Assembly (NCBI RefSeq): GCF_001447785.1
Contig: NW_015164247.1
Location: 30,600-94,599 of the forward strand
From: Gekko japonicus
Lineage: Eukaryota
DNA: 64,000 nt
Direction: 5' to 3'
A program made the position numbers and the translations under genes. Position 1 is the stretch's first letter. Every line of letters begins with the position of its first letter. A model generated the notes under the pieces. That model ran no database searches. It saw only the letters and a list, made by a program, of their open reading frames with translations, and was not told the DNA's origin. Positions 33,867 to 47,000 of the stretch are shown here, one piece after another.

Positions 33867-35066
33867 TGTTTCAAAAAGTTTATTCACAAACTCCTGTTTT
33901 GTTGGTATCACCATAGTTTCCCGATATTTGGCATATAAGATTCTTGCAGCTGTCCTCATATAAACAGTCAAATACCTATTCTCTTTTTCATAATCATTTG
34001 GAAATATATTCAACAGCAAGACCTCTGGCGTAAATGGAATCTTTGCTCTTAGTATCTTCTCCATCAAACTATGGACCCATTTCCAAAACTTTTTAGTAAC
34101 ATGGCATAGCCACCACATATGGTAAAATGTGCCCCTTTTACTCTTACATTTCCAGCATTTATTTTGCTTAGCCAGTCTATCAAGGTGTAATATACCATCT
34201 ATAAAACATCTTATACATATTCTCTTTATATGTTATAGCATTAGTCATTTTAATATTTTTCTCCCAAATCTGCCCCCAATCTTCAAGATTTATAGTATGC
34301 CCTAAATTCTGAGCCCATACAATCATATTATTCTTCACAATTTCCTCTACCATTGTATCATCCAACAAAATTTTATATATTTTCTTTATCATTTTNNNNN
34401 NNNNNNNNNNNNNNNNNNNNNNNNNNNNNNNNNNNNNNNNNNNNNNNNNNNNNNNNNNNNNNNNNNNNNNNNNNNNNNNNNNNNNNNNNNNNNNNNNNNN
34501 NNNNNNNNNNNNNNNNNNNNNNNNNNNNNNNNNNNNNNNNNNNNNNNNNNNNNNNNNNNNNNNNNNNNNNNNNNNNNNNNNNNNNNNNNNNNNNNNNNNN
34601 NNNNNNNNNNNNNNNNNNNNNNNNNNNNNNNNNNNNNNNNNNNNNNNNNNNNNNNNNNNNNNNNNNNNNAAACAGGAGTTTGTGAATAAACTTTTTGAAA
34701 CAGCAGAAAATGATACTGACTCTAGAAATGAGATTAAGTAAAGAGTGGACGTTTCAAAAAACATGGAAAAAGTTTTATGATTGGTATAATGCAAATATAA
34801 TAGAAGATTAGGCAATGATAGCGCAATGGACTTGAGAACACAGAAGACAGAAGAATGGAAAGTGTTTGATATAGCGTTTTTATTAAGTAATATTAATATT
34901 AATTAAGTAATTGCATATAAGCATATAATGTAACTGCACTCTTGGTATATACGTTATGTGTAGTAGAGTGTCTGTAGTGTGTAGATTTGTTTGTTGTAGA
35001 TTATTAAAAAATTGTTGTAGATTATAAAAAATTAATAAAAGTGTACCTATGGGTACTTAAAAAAAA
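33867..35066. mobile_element. 5'-inverted (twin-primed) L1-clade LINE insertion
   Basis: ORF2 C-terminus (CWKC..GTFYHMWWLC) on the - strand 34395-33867; the 3' end is on the + strand 34670-35066 with AATAAA and an A tail; TSD GAAAGCTGACGACCCC / GAAAACTGACAACCCC. Confidence 0.8.
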
Positions 35067-35579
35067 GAAAACTGACAACCCCGAGGCCCACCAGCAGCGC
35101 CCAGCTCTGAGGCCCAGTTGTAGCCAAGCGCACCATAAGTTCACCTGATAGCTCGGGGAGCAATGGACCGATTGCTCAGATAGGGGCAGAAGCTTTACAT
35201 GGGAACAACAGTCGAAAAGGGAGGTGACCGGGAGACAAGAGTTCACGCATCTTTCCCTCCACTCCTCCGCACATTAATTTTGTGGCCCGCAGGTGCCGTT
35301 CGATCTGGTGTCTGTTTACCCGGAAGTGCATCCTGCTTTGTTCAGTGGGGCTAATATTCAAGTAAGGGTATATATGTATAGGGTTGTGCTAAGGTTGCCA
35401 AGCCTGGATTAGGAAATTCATGGGATTTGGGTAGAGCCGGAGAAGGTCGGCAGGGTATAATACCATATAGTCTGCCTTCCAAAGCAGCCATTTTCTCCAG
35501 GGGAACTGGCATCCAGAGTCTGGAGGTCAGGTGTGTTTCCGGGAGGCCCTACCTGGAGGCTGTCAACCCTAGTTGTGGA

Positions 35580-36700
35580 TACATTGTTGTCAATCCAATA
35601 TTTTTCATAAAATCTAAATTAATCCAAAAAATAATAAACATACAACTAATGAAGAACTAAAAATGAAAACACAATAAAATAATTTATATGAAGGTACTTC
35701 AAGCAAATCACCTTGGTTTCTACATTAATCATCATGTGATATTTGCAGGATGCTCAGCTAAGTCAAACTAACTTTAAATACTTTTTATTATTTTACAAAT
35801 TCATTGACGAAAGTAGAATGTACTAATGCAAATTAACTACAAAGTATCAAATACTAATACACCAAAATAAACAGTGATTTTATCAAATCATATATGTTGC
35901 ACAAATAACATATGGTATAACCTCATCCTGAATTTATCATTCGAGTACTTGATGAGCATTAACGATGTCTATAAATCTGTTAGAGGTATTATTAGCCAGT
36001 TATTTAGATGGCACATAATATGTCAGTTTTATCATTAAAATAACTGCATAACCTTTGATACCATTTTTCAATCAGTGATGGATTTTATTTTTTCCACTTT
36101 GTTGCTATACAAAGTTTAGCTGTTCTTAGGAAGATGAGGATCATTTCCAGTCTAATTCTTCACCTTCCTTTTTAGATAATGTAATGACATTTCTTTAGAT
36201 GTCATGGGTAATAAATAAATAACCTGTCATATTAAAATTCCCATTTAGTATTATCATAGACCAAAACTTTTAATCTGCGGGCAAAATATATAAGATCACC
36301 CTTGCTGGCCATACACCTCCAAAATATATCTAAGGAATATTTTAATAAAGTTTTTCCTCAAATCCATTGATATTAATCTTGACCAAACATTTCTCCAAAT
36401 TCAGTCCCATTTATTTTTTAGCATCTCTTGTACAAGAGCTTTCCCCCATTTATTTTTGAAACTCTTAGCTGAACTATCTAGATTTAACATTATGTACAAG
36501 TGGGCCCCCGTGAAACTTGCAGGGGGGGATCCCCCCCCATTACTGAGCTTAGGATATAAGATTCTGTACTGTCTTGTTTTTAGATAACTAGCATGATACC
36601 ATGTTCAATTTCTCCAATTTTAGTTTATTTTCCTATGATAAGCTTTGTTTTACTTCCAATGAGTCAGTTACAGTAACATGGTCTCATACAAAACAATGGC
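35580..36700 (-). mobile_element. Older degraded L1-clade LINE fragment
   Basis: AT-rich with Trp-rich ORF2 C-terminal remnants on the - strand; boundaries approximate. Confidence 0.5.
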
Positions 36701-38799
36701 CTTTGATACTATGAGGTCTTAAATGTGTGATATCTTGAGTTGAAGAGGATCGCTGGTCTGCTAAACGTGCTTACACTTGTAATTTGGAGTTGTGTCAAAG
36801 TGAATCCATAATGTGACACCCAGACTGTTTGCAATTGCATATTTTTTACACCATTAGCCCATTTTAGCTAATTGGACTGGACTGAACTACCACTGATCCC
36901 ACCTTCCTCTGATGTTCTCCAACACATGTAGGGGACTCAGGGATAGGATCTAGGACATTTTTCCCCCACTTTGTGCCAGGCTTTTGAAGGTACTCAGAAG
37001 CTACAAGGGAAATTCTAGCTACTTCTGAGTATCTCCAAAGGCCAGTGCAAAGTAAGGTAGCCTCTTCCCATGAATTCTCTACACACATCTTAAAGAACTT
37101 GGTGAAGGGGACTCTTATTGAAGTTAACTGGTGTGGTTAGTTCAGTCACCATTAGTTAGCAGAGTGCTTAAACAAGGCTACAAATGCAGGAGCATCACTC
37201 TACCAGGTTACTCAGCTTACAAAGCTACACAGAGCCACATTGCAAGTTTAGAAGAGAAATACTTCTCTATTTGAGAAGTACACTTTGGATAGGAAAGAGC
37301 AGAGATTGATAGATTACTAATTTACTAGCTAAAGGATGGAGGCAGATGGCGAGAGGCTCATCTGCCTCATGGGAGGGAGGGAGGGAGGGAGGGAGAGGAG
37401 GAGGAGGAGGAGGAAAAGGGAAGTTGATCCCTGAGAACACGATCTGCATTTCAAAGAGAACAGTGGCAGAAGACTAGATACTGGAAGAAAAGTCAGTGTG
37501 CCTGTCTAGGTGTCTAGTCTCTCTTGCCACTCAGTCTGGGGACATCACATTTGGAACCTCCAACAACTCTCAAATTCTTCTGTGTGAAGGGGATCACTTG
37601 AAAGATTTATGGTTTCTGTTGACTACCTGGTAACCATATTTGTGGACCAGTATGAATATGTTGGTGCAGAATTATTGGAAAATATGTGACAAAGGAAATA
37701 CTATATTCATCAACATTTAATCGTTTGTTTAGATTTAAAATCTTTATTGTCTAGCTTAGGTGGACAGAATGCATTTTATGTACAAATGCTGTCATCCTAA
37801 ACATAATTATATCCTTCTAAGTCAAGCATTTTGAAGTCAGAGGGTTTAGAAGGGTGTAATTCTGCTTGGGGCATGTGAGTTTCCTGATTCCCAAACACAT
37901 ATCTCTCCAATAGTAAGAATATGAACGATAAAAGCTTAACAATTGATTTTGTTATGTGATTCCACTGGGAAATCTAGCAATTGACTTTCCTATACTTTTT
38001 CTCCTCATAGTAGTAGTAGAGCATGTTTGCTTCAGAAAATGCCATATAATTTCTGTTTTAACTAATACATATCCAGGGTTCCCTCAGTGATTTAAAGTCA
38101 TGTCAATTTTTCCATGGTAATTGAATGACTACAGCTTTGAAAATACAACTTTTATGCAATTGGAATTTTGGACTGGAGAATATAACTATATGCATGCAAA
38201 AGGTGGCAGGGGTCCATGTATGTCAGCTTTTGGAAAGAAAGGTGAGATATAAATAGATAATGTTTTCTGAGGCGGTGAGAAGCTTTGATTTCTCTTTAAA
38301 TTTTGTTTCCCCAACATTTTGTTTAAATTGCTTAACCACTTCCCCACATCCCTTTATCTCAGTGTCTTGTCAGCCTGTCCTTTTGAAGCACACATGTTCA
38401 AAATCAGTGAATATAGATTAATCAGCTTTCTTGAGTTACTCTTTCATATACCAAAGATGTTACAATGGCCAGCTGTTAGAGAAACGGTCTTAGTGCATCA
38501 TCCAGCTGCTGCCACCACTAGGCCAGGGACAACTGGGTGAGTTCTCCAGGTCTTACTTGCACTTTGTTCTTCTAGTTTTCTCTCTTGACTTCCATTGCAA
38601 GTACCAAGGATCCAAGGAGGAGTGAAAAATTAGGTAGTATGAATAGCATGCTCTACGCATGCACAGTTGCATTGCCACCTTTCATAAACCAGCTTCTGAC
38701 TTCAGTCTAGCACAGCCTTGAATAAATCATGACTCAGTGGTCCGTCAGCCATGTGTGGCAACCAGCTGTCAGCCCTCTATTTCTGAAGTCCTGGGCAGG

Positions 38800-38990
38800 G
38801 AGCAAAATTGTGTGTGTATAAAGTGCCAAATCGTAGGGTGACCCCAGCAACAGGCTTTCAAGGCAAGAGAAGCAGAGGTGCAGAGGTGGTTCGCTACTGC
38901 GAGGAGGCTTCCTTGGTGGTCTCTGTTCCAAGTTCAGACCCTGCTTAGCTTCCGAGATCTGATGAGACCAGGCTATACACCATGCTGCCT
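38800..38990 (-). mobile_element. 5S-rRNA-derived SINE
   Basis: Reverse complement carries a gcctggtctcatcagatctcggaagctaagcagggtc 5S-like head; a + strand copy lies at about 46555-46710. Confidence 0.7.
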
Positions 38991-40267
38991 TCCTTACCCT
39001 AGCAAAATCATAGGCCATTCTATATTGCCAGTATATTGCAGTTGGTTTGGTAGGTAAAAATTATGCAGGTCGGGTTTGGTGTGACCAATATGCACACATA
39101 CACACAAACACATCTCAAGTTAGACTATGATCGGTGAAGTATTATTCTGGATTAATTACCAGTGTATGATTATAGTATATAATGAGTAGCAGCGATCCTC
39201 TTTACGTGCCGTTACCTTTTCCTCCCATCTCTTCTCTGGTCCCTCTAGCTCTTTTTTTAACCAACTGTCATTTTTAGAATTCTACAGCTTGAAGCTTCTG
39301 TATATCATGTTGCCATAGTGTCCTTACTGAAGGTCAACATAAAGTAACAGTTTACATCTTTGGTAAGTAACCAGTATTAGCTATCTGTGCTTTTAATGGT
39401 GGCTGTTACGGTTCTGGATCCAAAACTGCCACTCATCTATATTAACAGAATTTAACTCTCTTCCACGGAGGTCACTGGGCCACCTTCATGCCACTGTCGC
39501 TCTCTTTAATATAATATCACTTGCATTACGTGCTAGTTCTATATCGGACTACACAGCCTATCTGGTGAATTCACAACTTTATTTACAAAATTGATATCTG
39601 CCTTTCCGCACTTACAAGGGCCACAAAGGTGGCTAACGATTTAAAACATACTCATTTAAAACACCCTCTCAAACATACGTCATAAAAACAATTTTAAAGA
39701 ATTAAAAAACAGAGTTAAAATATATACAAAACAGTTAAAATACATACAAAACATAAAAACATTTGATACTTACATGTATTCTGTCAGACAATTTCCTGAT
39801 GTGTTCTGCATGTTAATTGTCGGCTTTTCCTCTCCAAAGATCGTGTTCACATCTCAAAATTTCACAAACTTTTTACTGAAAAGTAGCTATCAAAACTGTA
39901 AAAGCAATGTCAGTGTCTGGCAAACTGACTATATTAAATGTGCCATCTAAAGCAGACTGGATGTGAATGATTTTATCTGCAAAATGATTAGTAAATGAGT
40001 CACAGCAAGCAGTTTCCTGTGGGCAAGAATGGAGTAGGTCTTTACCACTTGAAAAATGTTTTCTGGATAACATTGAGTAGAAGCAGTGGTGATAAACAAA
40101 CACTATCATCACCATCACAGAATAGGCCCTAAAGTGGGTTCTAGCCTGAACTCAGTTGGATTTTTACCACCATTGTTTTAGACATAATTCCCCATTGACT
40201 CATTGCTTTAAGCTCCTCGGTGAACCAAGACACAGAGTAGACTGTAAGCAGCAAGAAAGGGGTTTTA

Positions 40268-41293
40268 GGAGTAACTTAAGATTGCTGGGGAAAATGTCAA
40301 CAACCTCAGAAATGCAGGCAATACTACTCTAATGGCAGAAAGTGAAGAGGACCTAAACAGCCTCTTGCTGAGGATGAAAGAGGAGAGTGCAAAGGTTGTC
40401 TTGAAACTCAACATTAAAAAAAACTAAGATCATGGCATCTGGCCCCATCACTCCTTGGCAAATAGAAGGAGAAGTAATGGAAGCAGTGACAGACTTCATG
40501 TTCCTGGGATCCAAGATCACTGCAGATGGTGACTGCAGCCATGAAATTAAAAGACGCCTGCTCCTTGGGAGGAAAGCGATGGCAAAGCTAGACAACATAA
40601 TAAAAAGTAGAGACATCACCCTGCCAACAAAAGTCCATATAGTCAAAGCAATGGTATTCTCGGCAGTAATGTATGGCTGCAAGAGCTGGGCCGTAAGGAA
40701 GGCTAAGCGCCGAAGAATAGATGCTTTTGAATTATGGTGCTGGAGAAGACTCTTGAGAGTCCCTTGGACTGCCAGTCAATCTAAGAGCTGGCACTCTGAT
40801 GACTCAATTGTTCACTTTCTTCTGTTTAATTCTAATTGCGAAATAATGGAGGCTGTTGCAAAATTTGTATATTATGCAATCAGAAGACGGGGCTTGAATA
40901 GCTAAGTGACTGATGCATCTTAGTATTTTCCCGTATTTCCATGATGTTTTGTGCTTTCATGCCAGTAAAGGTTTTGTGTGTGAATCAGTCAATCCTAAAA
41001 GAAATCAACCCTGACTGTTCCCTGGAAGGCCAGATACTGAAGCTGAAGCTCAAATACTTTGGCCACCAAATGAGAAGGGAACATTCACTGGAGAAGACCC
41101 TGATGCTGGGAATGATTGAAGGTAAAAGAAGAAGGGGACGACAAAGGATGAGATGGTTAGACAGTACTATTGATGTAACAAACATGAAATTGAGCAAACT
41201 CTGGAGGATGACGGAAGACAGGACGGCCTGGTGTGATGTGGTCCATGGGGTTGCGAAGAGTCAGACTGGACTGTGTGACTGAACGACAACAAA
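40268..41293 (+). mobile_element. BovB (RTE) LINE 3' fragment, interrupted by a 204-bp insert
   Basis: ORFs MASGPITPWQIEGE...FELWCWRRLLRVPWT and NQSILKEINPDCSLEG...RRRGRQRMRWLD, with a ctgaacgacaacaa tail. Confidence 0.92.
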
Positions 41294-43531
41294 AGTGTAA
41301 ACTTCCCAGGGACATTTATCTGTTCCAGAAAAATCTGCAAAGCCATAAAGAAACCATCCAGGTCCATCAAAGAGTTGACTAATTAAGAGGTTCTGTCACC
41401 CTTTCGAAATGATCAGGTGACTGTACATCTAAACATTACTAGATAGTGATTTAGCTATGGCAAAGGTACTACAAAGAATTCTTCCACACCATTTATTTAT
41501 TTAAAGCATTTTTATGTCTCCTTTCTACCCAATTAGGGTCCACAAGGGGGTGAAAATAAAAACTTTAAAAAAATTAAACAGTTTATAAAATTCAATTAAA
41601 ACACATAAATGGTAAAATATAAAATTAATCAAAACATATATATAAACAACACTAGAAGGAGGGGCAAAAACAGTTTTTTGGGGGGTATACCAGAGGGGGG
41701 GAAAAGTCTTCACCTGCTGGTAAAAGACACCAATACAGGGAACACATGAATCTCCCTGGGGAGGGAGTTCCAAAGTCTTGGTGCTCATTTCTTTGGGTGC
41801 TACTGTTATAATGGTTTGTAGAAAGAGATGGAGGGAGAATGAAAATAAATGGTCATGGGGAGCAGCTCCTGGTTCTGGCACGCAAGGCCTTCTTCCTGGC
41901 CACCTATCACCCTGCACACACTGCCTCTCAGCAGACTCTAAACTTTGCTGCTGCTTTGGAGTGTCCCTCTCCAAGCACAGACTCTCCCCCCCTGCCCCCA
42001 GACAGGCTGCCCTGCTTTCTGACCCTTCTTCTCCTTGTATACTGGGGCTAATCTCAGCCCCGGCCCCTCGCTTCTCCCACACTGCCTTCTCCCTCCCTCT
42101 GTCCAGCAGCCGGGGCCACACCCATTATGGTGGGAGAGCTCTTCCTCTTAGCCCTATCCTTGCCGGACTCTGCAGCAGTGCCTGTCACAGTGCTGCAGTG
42201 CTGGGGTGCCAGCTGGGAGGCAGGTGTGCTCTGGCTTGTGTCCCTGTCTCATGGCTTGGGCTGCACCTGAGCTGGCATTGGCAAGGGCGAAGCCGCCTGT
42301 GCTTGGCCCACTTGGCCTTTCTTGGCCCACTTGGCCACACCCTCCTCCTGCCACTTCTCTGTCTCTGGGCTGTGCAGCTGTTAGGTAAATGAGAGTCCAG
42401 CAGCTGGGGAAGGTCAGCTGCCAGGGCTAGGCCTCACAGGATTTCAGAACATTTTGTTTGAAATTATAATGCTGTTTGAAATCATAATGCCCTGAGCCGC
42501 TTGGGTAGGGTGGGATATAAATCCCAAAAATAAATAAAGGATTTAGTTGTTTCACTTACTTAAAACATGGAACATATGTTAGTTCAATAAAAACTGTTAT
42601 TCTTTGTTTACATGGACCTTGAAATGTCAGATGAAGATCTATTAATGGGAATTGATAACACAGCCACTATGCATGAGCACTATGGACTAAGGGAAAAAAT
42701 GGGTAAGTGCTGTAACACTGGGGAGAAGGTATAACTGTGGGTGTATGGGTTCACCTTGGAAGGACAAATCTATAGATAGCATTTAAAGACTGGATGGAGA
42801 AGGCTGACCTGGAACAACATGTATCAGAAGTGGAGGACCAGACAAGATGTGACATTTTCCCTGCGTTAGGTCTGAGTTCACCTGTCAGACAGCAGCTTCT
42901 GGGAATTAATTCACCAGGTACCCCAGGGGCCCGATTTGGATTGGGACTGTGGCACAGGGGAAGAACCAGGCCCAGAGCCAGGATTTTTAAAGTGAGGAAG
43001 CATTTAGACTTCTTAGGGGGCACTGGCTAATTGAATTAAAGGAGATTAAAGCCCCGAGATGCCGCGCTGTAGCTGCGGGCCTGGGGAGAACAGGCTTCAG
43101 CCTTCCCCCTCACACCATCACCCCCCCCCCAATGGCTCCTGTGGCCATTATTTGCCTCACTGGAGGGCTGCATGCAGGGTTCCTAGCAGCTGTCCTCTGA
43201 CTGAGTTAGAGTCATGTTGGGGGAACCCTGACCTGCCTCAGAAGAAAAGTGATGTTTAGTTTAGCGTTATGGCTGGGTTGTGGGGGTGGGGAGGTGAGCC
43301 TCCTAGGGCTGCTTGTGGTCAGACTCGGAAATGACAAGGTAGGCACTGTGGCCCCCAACACTTTTTAAGAGCCATGGGCCTTGCAAGAGGACAGAGGATT
43401 CCATGAAACATACACAGTTGGGAGGGGGGGGGTCTCCAGAAATTTTAAATCAAAATGATAGGTTGTTGGGTGCTAAAGTTTGAGAGCCACTGGTCTAAAG
43501 CTTTATTTATTTATTTTTTGTATGTGTGTTA

Positions 43532-43619
43532 CAGTGCAGTCCCGAGGAAAGTAATACCTTTCTAAGCCCATCAACATTAATGGGCTTAGAAGTGTCTGAC
43601 TGTGCTTAGGATCACACTG
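43532..43619. repeat. About 85-bp palindromic dispersed repeat (hairpin MITE); roughly ten copies in the window
   Basis: Core TTCTAAGCCCAT-N8-ATGGGCTTAGAA; relatives near 5720, 7750, 10490, 13290, 21945, 37790, 50510, 59850 and 63690. Confidence 0.75.
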
Positions 43620-43675
43620 CTGCCAGGCACCATATATAGCCTTCCATTGTTATTGCGAAGGAGTACTTGTCCAAG

Positions 43676-44006
43676 ATGGAAAGTAATCTACTAGCAAGCG
43701 TTCATGGAAACATAGGACCAGTACTATACATCAAATACCAACATCCTGGTGGAGATTCTCCTTTAGATTCACTACCAGATGAGCGAACAAAAAATAAATC
43801 TCCACAAGAAGATACTTTACCTAGCAATAATCAGGAAAATGCTAGTGAACAGCCTCCACAGGTCCACAGAGAACATTCCGAAAAGCAACTAAAAACAAGC
43901 CATTCACATGATAGTAATCTAGGAAGATGGTCACATAAAAGATCCCAACAACTGGCAAATCTTGGTGAAGATGAAGAACCCTTTGCAGAAAGCAGTATCC
44001 GCAGAG
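43676..44006 (+). CDS. TMBIM7: TMBIM7 exon (hydrophilic N-terminus)
   Basis: MESNLL...EEPFAESSIRR G|gtaagt; phase 1 into GFIRKVY. Confidence 0.8.
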
Positions 44007-47000
44007 GTAAGTGGCAACAATTTTCTTTCAAAAATTCTGTGACGAAAAGTGTACAAGGGGGGGTCTTGGTATAAGAACGTTTGAATTGGTTCATATATCA
44101 CGTGAATCCATGGTTTAATTAAACTATCGTTAGTTTTTCTCAGTGTGGGTCATACCACCAACTATGATTAGGTATGCCAAACCAGGACCTGAAACAATTG
44201 TTTCAAGAGGGTTTTCAAACACAGTTATTTTTAACAATGGTTCATTGTTGTATCCTCTGTGCGGTCCCACATCAGAAAGTGCGCAAGCACAGGTGAGCTG
44301 CAGGGAACTGGTTCCTGTATTGTTCCCTTGGTAGACTTTAAATTGAAAACAGTTTGATTAATCAATTTTTTTTGTAGTAGCATATAATTTCAATCTTGTA
44401 CTGTTTTTCTAGGTTTCATCAGGAAAGTGTATCTCATATTGACAATTCAGTTGGGATTAACTGTTGGTATCATTTGCTTATTCATCTATTGGTATGTATA
44501 AATTAATTACCATCGTTTTATTTACCTTTTATTTTATTGTTTTTAGTTTTATTTAATTATTTAATTACCCACTAGGTTACAAAAACCTATGTCCTATCAT
44601 TTAGTCCTGATTGTATGTCTTTGCATGAAAAAGCCTTATCAAATTGCTTTAGGTTGCTTCATAGGGAATTGGTTTATCCAGTTGTGTTTGTCACAGCTAC
44701 CCCAGTGTTGCACCAAATAGTTCCTGCAATGATTATATAAAAAGTAGACATGTAGCCATTTGCTGGGGAGCTGCATCAGTTAGGGATTTTAGGTGCATGT
44801 CAGCTGGGTGACCTTGGGTCAGTCATAGCTCTCTCAGAGCTGTTCTCTCAAGAGCGTTTCTCTCAGATCTCTCTCAGCCACACCTACCTCTCAGTGTGTC
44901 TGTTGTGGGAAGAGGAAGGGAAGGAGATTATAAGCCACTCTGAAATCCAACTCTTCTGCTTCTCCTCCTCCTCCTCCTCCTCCGCTTCTGCTTCTAGTGT
45001 TCACCCAAGAAAGCCCTGAAGCGGGCTTAGGCAACTCCAGCTCCAGGCATACTCCTTCTGAACACGGTCTGCTTAACTAGCATGGTAAATTGTTAAAGAT
45101 AAAGTTAATCTCAATGAAATTGGCTGGTCTCTTTTTAAAAAATCTGAGAATAGTGACTATCACATCTTGTGGCAAAGAATTGTGTAAATTTATGATATAT
45201 GTGAAGAAGCACTTTCTTTTTCTATATTTAGTGCCCATCAATTTAATTGGGTGTCCCCAAGTTCTACTACTACTGTGAGAGAGGAAGTAGCGTTGTACCC
45301 TCTTTTTCCTTAGCATGCGTAATTCTGTACACCTCTAGCAAGTTCTCCTTTGTTAGCTTTTTTTTTGTAAACTGAAATGTCCCAAATACCTTATCTTTGC
45401 CCTACAGGAAGGTTTTGCAACATCTTGATCATTTTTATTGCCTGTTTCTATATTTTCCCATCTCTGTAATTTCCTGAAGTTAGAACTGCACTCAGTATTT
45501 CACAATACTGCAACATTAATTTATAAATTTTACATTACAGACTTGCCGTTTAACACTTTGTCCTATGAGTGTTGAAATGAAAGTTGCTTTTTCCATGGCC
45601 AAGGCACAGATGACGTTTCCTCTGAGATGTCTGTCACAGTCACAGACATCTTCCTTGGATCATTACAAGTAGCTCATAAGAACATAAGAGAAGCCACTGT
45701 TGGATCAGAGCAATGGCCCATCCAGTCCGACACTCTGTCACACAGTGGCCAAAAGTACCAGGTGCCACCAGGAGGTCCATCAGTGGGGCCAGGACACTAG
45801 AAGCCCTCCCACTGTTGCCCCCCCCCCAGCACCAAGAAGACAGAGCATCACTTGCCCCAGACTGAGAGTTCCTATCTATACCTTGTGGCTAATAGCCACT
45901 GATGGACATCTGCTCCATATGTTTAACTAATTCCCTCTTAAAGCTGTCCATGCTTGTAGCTGCCATCACCTCATGTGGCAGTGAATTCCATGTGTTAATT
46001 ACTCTTCAGATTCCATTAGTGTGTATAATGCTGAGATTTTTTTGCTTGAATGTGTATAACTTTACTGTAGGGATGTTTATAGCAATTGCCCTTGAACTGG
46101 CAGTTTTGTCCTCTGGTTACGCATGGGAAAGAAAACTTTTTTTTTTTTACTGTCACCATGCATTGGGTTGGATCTAACCAGCAGTTCCATTAGTTAAAAA
46201 GGAAGGGGGGTTGGTCCCCTTTGACCACAACAGTCTACGGTGAGAGTTACAGGATCTATGTTGACAAAAGCTGTATGTGATGGAGACTGTAATAGGGAGT
46301 GGAATTGTGCAAGAATGACAAAACAGTTGGTGGCATCCAAACCGGTATAATCTGTATTTTGGATGCGTTTTAGCAATTTTTTAACACACACCTATGTATT
46401 AGCCCCTCACGTTCTTGGGATTTTGTGCATATGTATGCATTTATTGTTTCCCTCTGTTTGGTTTGAAGCTATGTTGCATACATATAGATACATGTTTTAA
46501 GATTAGGCAATAGTCTACTAATCATTCTTAGTGATGTCTATAATAGATGTGACCTGTTCTGGGTAGCCCAGGCTAGCACAATCTCATTAGCTCTTGGAAG
46601 CTAAGCAGGGTTGGCCATGGTTAATATTTGGATGGGAGACCACCAAGGAATATCAGGATCGCTACACAGAGGCAGACAATGGCAAACCACATCTGAATGC
46701 TCTTGCCTAGCAGAGAACACTGGGAAGTGGGGCGGGTGCAGTTGTCTTCTTTGACCCAGAGGGATTGGGCAGACAGAGCTAATAAAACTCCTTAGCATGG
46801 AGGGGGAACCTCTCTTTGGCTGATTCCATCTAGGGAGAAGGAGCTCTCACACCTGAGCTTTTGCTGAGGGTTACCATTATCCTGTGGAGGCCTACCAGCC
46901 TGGACAGATTCCAAGGTAATGGTAAGTTTGTAGAACACTGTAACTTCTAAGATAAAGAGCCTGCCTTAGAATAAGATCTGCTAGTGCGTATACAGAGTGA

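Noticed and set aside
33018-33938. Long overlapping ORFs (222, 232 and 206 aa) around GATAD1 exon 1
   Set aside because: Arg/Ala/Pro-rich frames expected from stop-poor CpG-island DNA; no recognisable domain.
36860-37549. Possible LTR retroelement (TG...CA 37132-37549) with adjacent internal remnant
   Set aside because: The TSD matches only 3/5 and the peptide similarity is too weak to call.
40795-40845. CTGATGA...CGAAA possible hammerhead in the BovB insert
   Set aside because: Stem II does not close correctly next to the core boxes, and no stems I or III were found.
41525-42392. 198-aa and 204-aa ORFs
   Set aside because: GC-rich repeat-like DNA, low-complexity translations and no splice or homology support.
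46555-46660. 5S rRNA-like sequence
   Set aside because: Diverged, dispersed and followed by a SINE body; it is a 5S-derived SINE.
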